From Macrostomum hystrix (taxonomy: Eukaryota > Animalia > Platyhelminthes), in the NCBI GenBank assembly GCA_950097015.1, contig CATNEN010000034.1, positions 1,550,001-1,614,000 of the forward strand: DNA of 64,000 bases, in the 5' to 3' direction. The notes beneath the pieces were generated by a model, which saw only the letters and a list, made by a program, of their open reading frames with translations, made no database searches and had not been told where the DNA came from. Positions 61,041-64,000 of this stretch are shown here, one piece after another (positions within the stretch are counted from its first letter, which is position 1; the number at the start of each line of letters is the position of its first letter). Position numbers and translations under genes: made by a program.

Positions 61041-62077
61041 ATGACCGAAGTTGATCTCTCCAATCGCGACCCGAACGCGCTCAACAACCATCTCTCGGTG
61101 AGAAAAGACTTCTAGCTGTTAGACAGAGATCCCAACTGTTAGACAGAGATCCCAATTGTTAGACAGAGACCCCAACTGTTAGACAGAGATCCCAACTGTT
61201 AGACAGAGATCCCAATTGCTAGACAGAGACCCCAACTGTTAGACAGAGATCCCAACTGTTAGACAGAGATCCCAACTGTTAGACAGAGACCCCAACTGTT
61301 AGACAGAGATCCCAACTGTTAGACAGATATCCCAACTGTTAGACAGATATCCCAACTGTTAGACAGAGATCCCAACTGTTAGACAGAGATCCCAACTGTT
61401 AGACAGATATCCCAACTGTTAGACAGAGATCCCAACTGTTAGACAGAGACCCCAAATGTTAGACAGAGACCCCAACTGTTAGACAGAGACAACAAGTGTT
61501 AGGAAGCGATCACAAGTGTTAGACAGAGACCCCAACTGTTAGACAGAGACCCCAACTGTTAGACAGAGATCCCAACTGTTAGACAGAGATCCCAACTGTT
61601 AGACAGAGACCCCAAATGTTAGACAGAGACCCCAACTGTTAGACAGAGACAACAAGTGTTAGGAAGCGATCACAAGTGTTAGACAAAGACCACAATTGTA
61701 AGCAGACTAACTGACTGCAATGTCTGTAACCATGGCAGACAACATTCGAAGATGTGATCGGGGAACCTGACGGCATCCACAGCATGGACTGCGTGTGGCG
61801 CAACTCGTACAGCTGCTTCAACTGCGGCAAGAACTGCCTGTACAAGGTGTGCACCCTGTTCTGTGGCATCTTCATCGCCCTCTACTGGGGCTGCGTGTTC
61901 GCCTGGCTGGCCATGCAGCACATTTGGTGCATCACCCCGGCCTTCAAGGTCTGGGACATCAACATGTCCTGCCTGCGTCGATTCTGCAAGTCCATTGTGG
62001 ACTGCTGCCTGGGCCCCTGCTGCGAGACCTGTGGCATGTTCCTGTCCAACATGAAGCTCACACAAACCAGCGGCTGA
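61041..62077 (+). CDS. CAV: Caveolin, 131 aa
   Basis: Exon 61041-61097 (MTEVDLSNRDPNALNNHLS) joins exon 61739-62077 in phase 0. Signature FEDVIGEP, scaffolding-like SMDCVWRNSYSCF, then the long hydrophobic hairpin. Confidence 0.95.
61118..61690. repeat. Minisatellite, 20 bp unit (CCAACTGTTAGACAGAGATC)
   Basis: Fills the caveolin intron. Confidence 0.95.
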
Positions 62078-62094
62078 GCACGGCTGCTGCCCGA

Positions 62095-62880
62095 TGTGAT
62101 GAGAATCAGCTGATGGGATATTTGTGATTGGGATCAACAGAGGGACAATTGTGATTGGGATCAGCTGATGGGATATTTGTGATTGGGATCAACAGAGGGA
62201 CATTTGTGATTGGGATCAGCTGATGGGATATTTGTGATTGGGATCAACAGAGGGACATTTGTGATTGGGATCAGCTGATGGGGTATTTGTGATTGGGATC
62301 AGCAGATGGGATATTTGTGATTGGGATCAACAGAGGGACAATTGTGATTGGGATCAGCTGATGGGATATTTGTGATTGGGATCAACAGAGGGACATTTGT
62401 GATTGGGATCAGCTGATGGGATATTTGTGATTGGGATCAGCTGATGGGATATTTGTGATTGGGATCAACAGAGGGACAATTGTGATTGGGATCAGCTGAT
62501 GGGATATTTGTGATTGGGATCAACAGAGGGACATTTGTGATTGGGATCAGCTGATGGGATATTTGTGATTGGGATCAGCTGATGGGATATTTGTCATTGG
62601 GATCAACAGAGGGACATTTGTCATTGGGATTAGCTGATGGGATATTTGTAATTGGGATCAACAGAGGGACATTTGTGATTGGGATCAGCTGATGGGGTAT
62701 TTGTGATTGGGATCAGCAGATGGGATATTTGTGATTGGGATCAGCTGATGGGATATTTGTGATTAGGATCAGCTGATGGGGTAATTCATGATTGGGTGGG
62801 ATCAACTAATGGGGAATTTCGTGATTGGGTGGGATCAGCTGATGGGAAATTTTTTATTGGGATCGACATTTGGACACTTT
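62095..62880. repeat. Minisatellite, about 28 bp two-variant unit (TGTGATTGGGATCAGCTGATGGGATATT / ..GATCAACAGAGGGACA..)
   Basis: Starts about 20 bp after the caveolin stop codon. Confidence 0.95.
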
Positions 62881-64000
62881 CTTATTGATCAACAGATGAG
62901 GTATTAGTGGTTTGGATTAACGCAGAGTCTGAGTAGATTGATGTTGAGGCCGCAAAAAGATATTCGCTTTACAAAACATTTTCCACATGTTTCCTCACAA
63001 AAACTTTTTCTCTTATTTCTAACAAATTCAAACTAAATTCAATTCGTACTTGTAAACTTATTAACATGACTACTCGTAATATATTTTTCTTATTTCTTAC
63101 TGTTAAGTTTTCGTCAACGATTTTGACGACTTTTAAAAGAATGAAATAAAGAACCCTACATTTCGGAGCTGAACTATTTATTAAAGTAGACGTTTTTATA
63201 CAACTTTCACGTTTAAAATGTAATGTTAATACGGGTCTATATTAATTTTTTTTACATTTTTACAAGCTCAATGTATACACGTCTAATAGTTTTTATGTCT
63301 TGATTAATAGAACTTGTTTCAAGTTAAATTGATTAATTCCATACAATTAATTAGTTATAGTTAAGTTAGGAAATCAATTTTGTAAGGAAAGTTGTATCAT
63401 TGAATTAAATTAAATCACATAAATAACTTAAGAAGTTAGATATTCTTGTATGAACAGCAATTACAAAAACATACATTTTTGAATTAGATAAATTATGCAA
63501 ATTTGATTCTTAACATTTTGATTGTAATATTTTTATTTAAAAATAATGTAGATTCTTTTCTACGAGTACAATCAAAAATAAAATAAAAAGTGTAATTTTT
63601 AACTTCACGTTCCGCAAAATAAAAAATTCTTATTTAATTGTGTTTTTAATGCTTCGATGTGCCTTGTTATAATGCTAGAAATTTGTCATTCAAACGCAAC
63701 TTTTCCATGTTCCAGTGAGCTACTAGGCAAGTTAGTTATACTCGAAAAACTCTTACAGCAGACGAGGACAAGTTAATTTCTTTCCTGACAGAGGTCCAAT
63801 CGGACTTATCAGGCGAATAATAAATTTTATGGTTCAATTACGGCAACCCACGCAATGGCCAACTTTTAATTGCCAAATTGTAAATTACTGTCTTATCTGA
63901 GAAACAAAATAGAATTTTGGGTGAGAATTTAGTCTTGCAAATTGATTCGGTGCAATTTGCGGCCGCTTAAAAAATCTAAAGCGAACTGCTGGCCGGTTCC

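Noticed and set aside
1885-62880. Arrays as CRISPR-like repeats
   Set aside because: Units are head-to-tail with no unique spacers, there are no cas genes, and the context is eukaryotic.

Overview
Eukaryotic genomic DNA: GT-AG introns, GC-rich exons, AT-rich introns. The private minisatellite in nearly every large intron suggests a Macrostomum-like flatworm, but that is inference only. I spliced the genes by hand with phase checks. On the minus strand: an Ig+FN3 cell-surface protein (runs off the window start), an 80-aa orphan ORF, an RNF216/TRIAD3-like RBR E3 ligase, eIF3i, endophilin-A, an intronless 430-aa membrane-anchored putative enzyme and a 243-aa polyQ orphan. On the plus strand: a short caveolin and tRNA-Asn(GTT). 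Mobile DNA comprises a Merlin-like element nested in another, two tRNA-headed SINE-like families, a 5'-truncated RTE-type LINE inside a satellite, and decayed remnants. About 25 different tandem arrays (4-35 bp units) account for most of the long ORFs in the track. The strongest second-look signals concern how these arrays interact with splicing: arrays made of perfect splice sites, an AG-free array between a distal branch-point motif and its acceptor, and a duplicated exon-intron junction with an inactivated donor. No CRISPR array or other prokaryotic system is supported.
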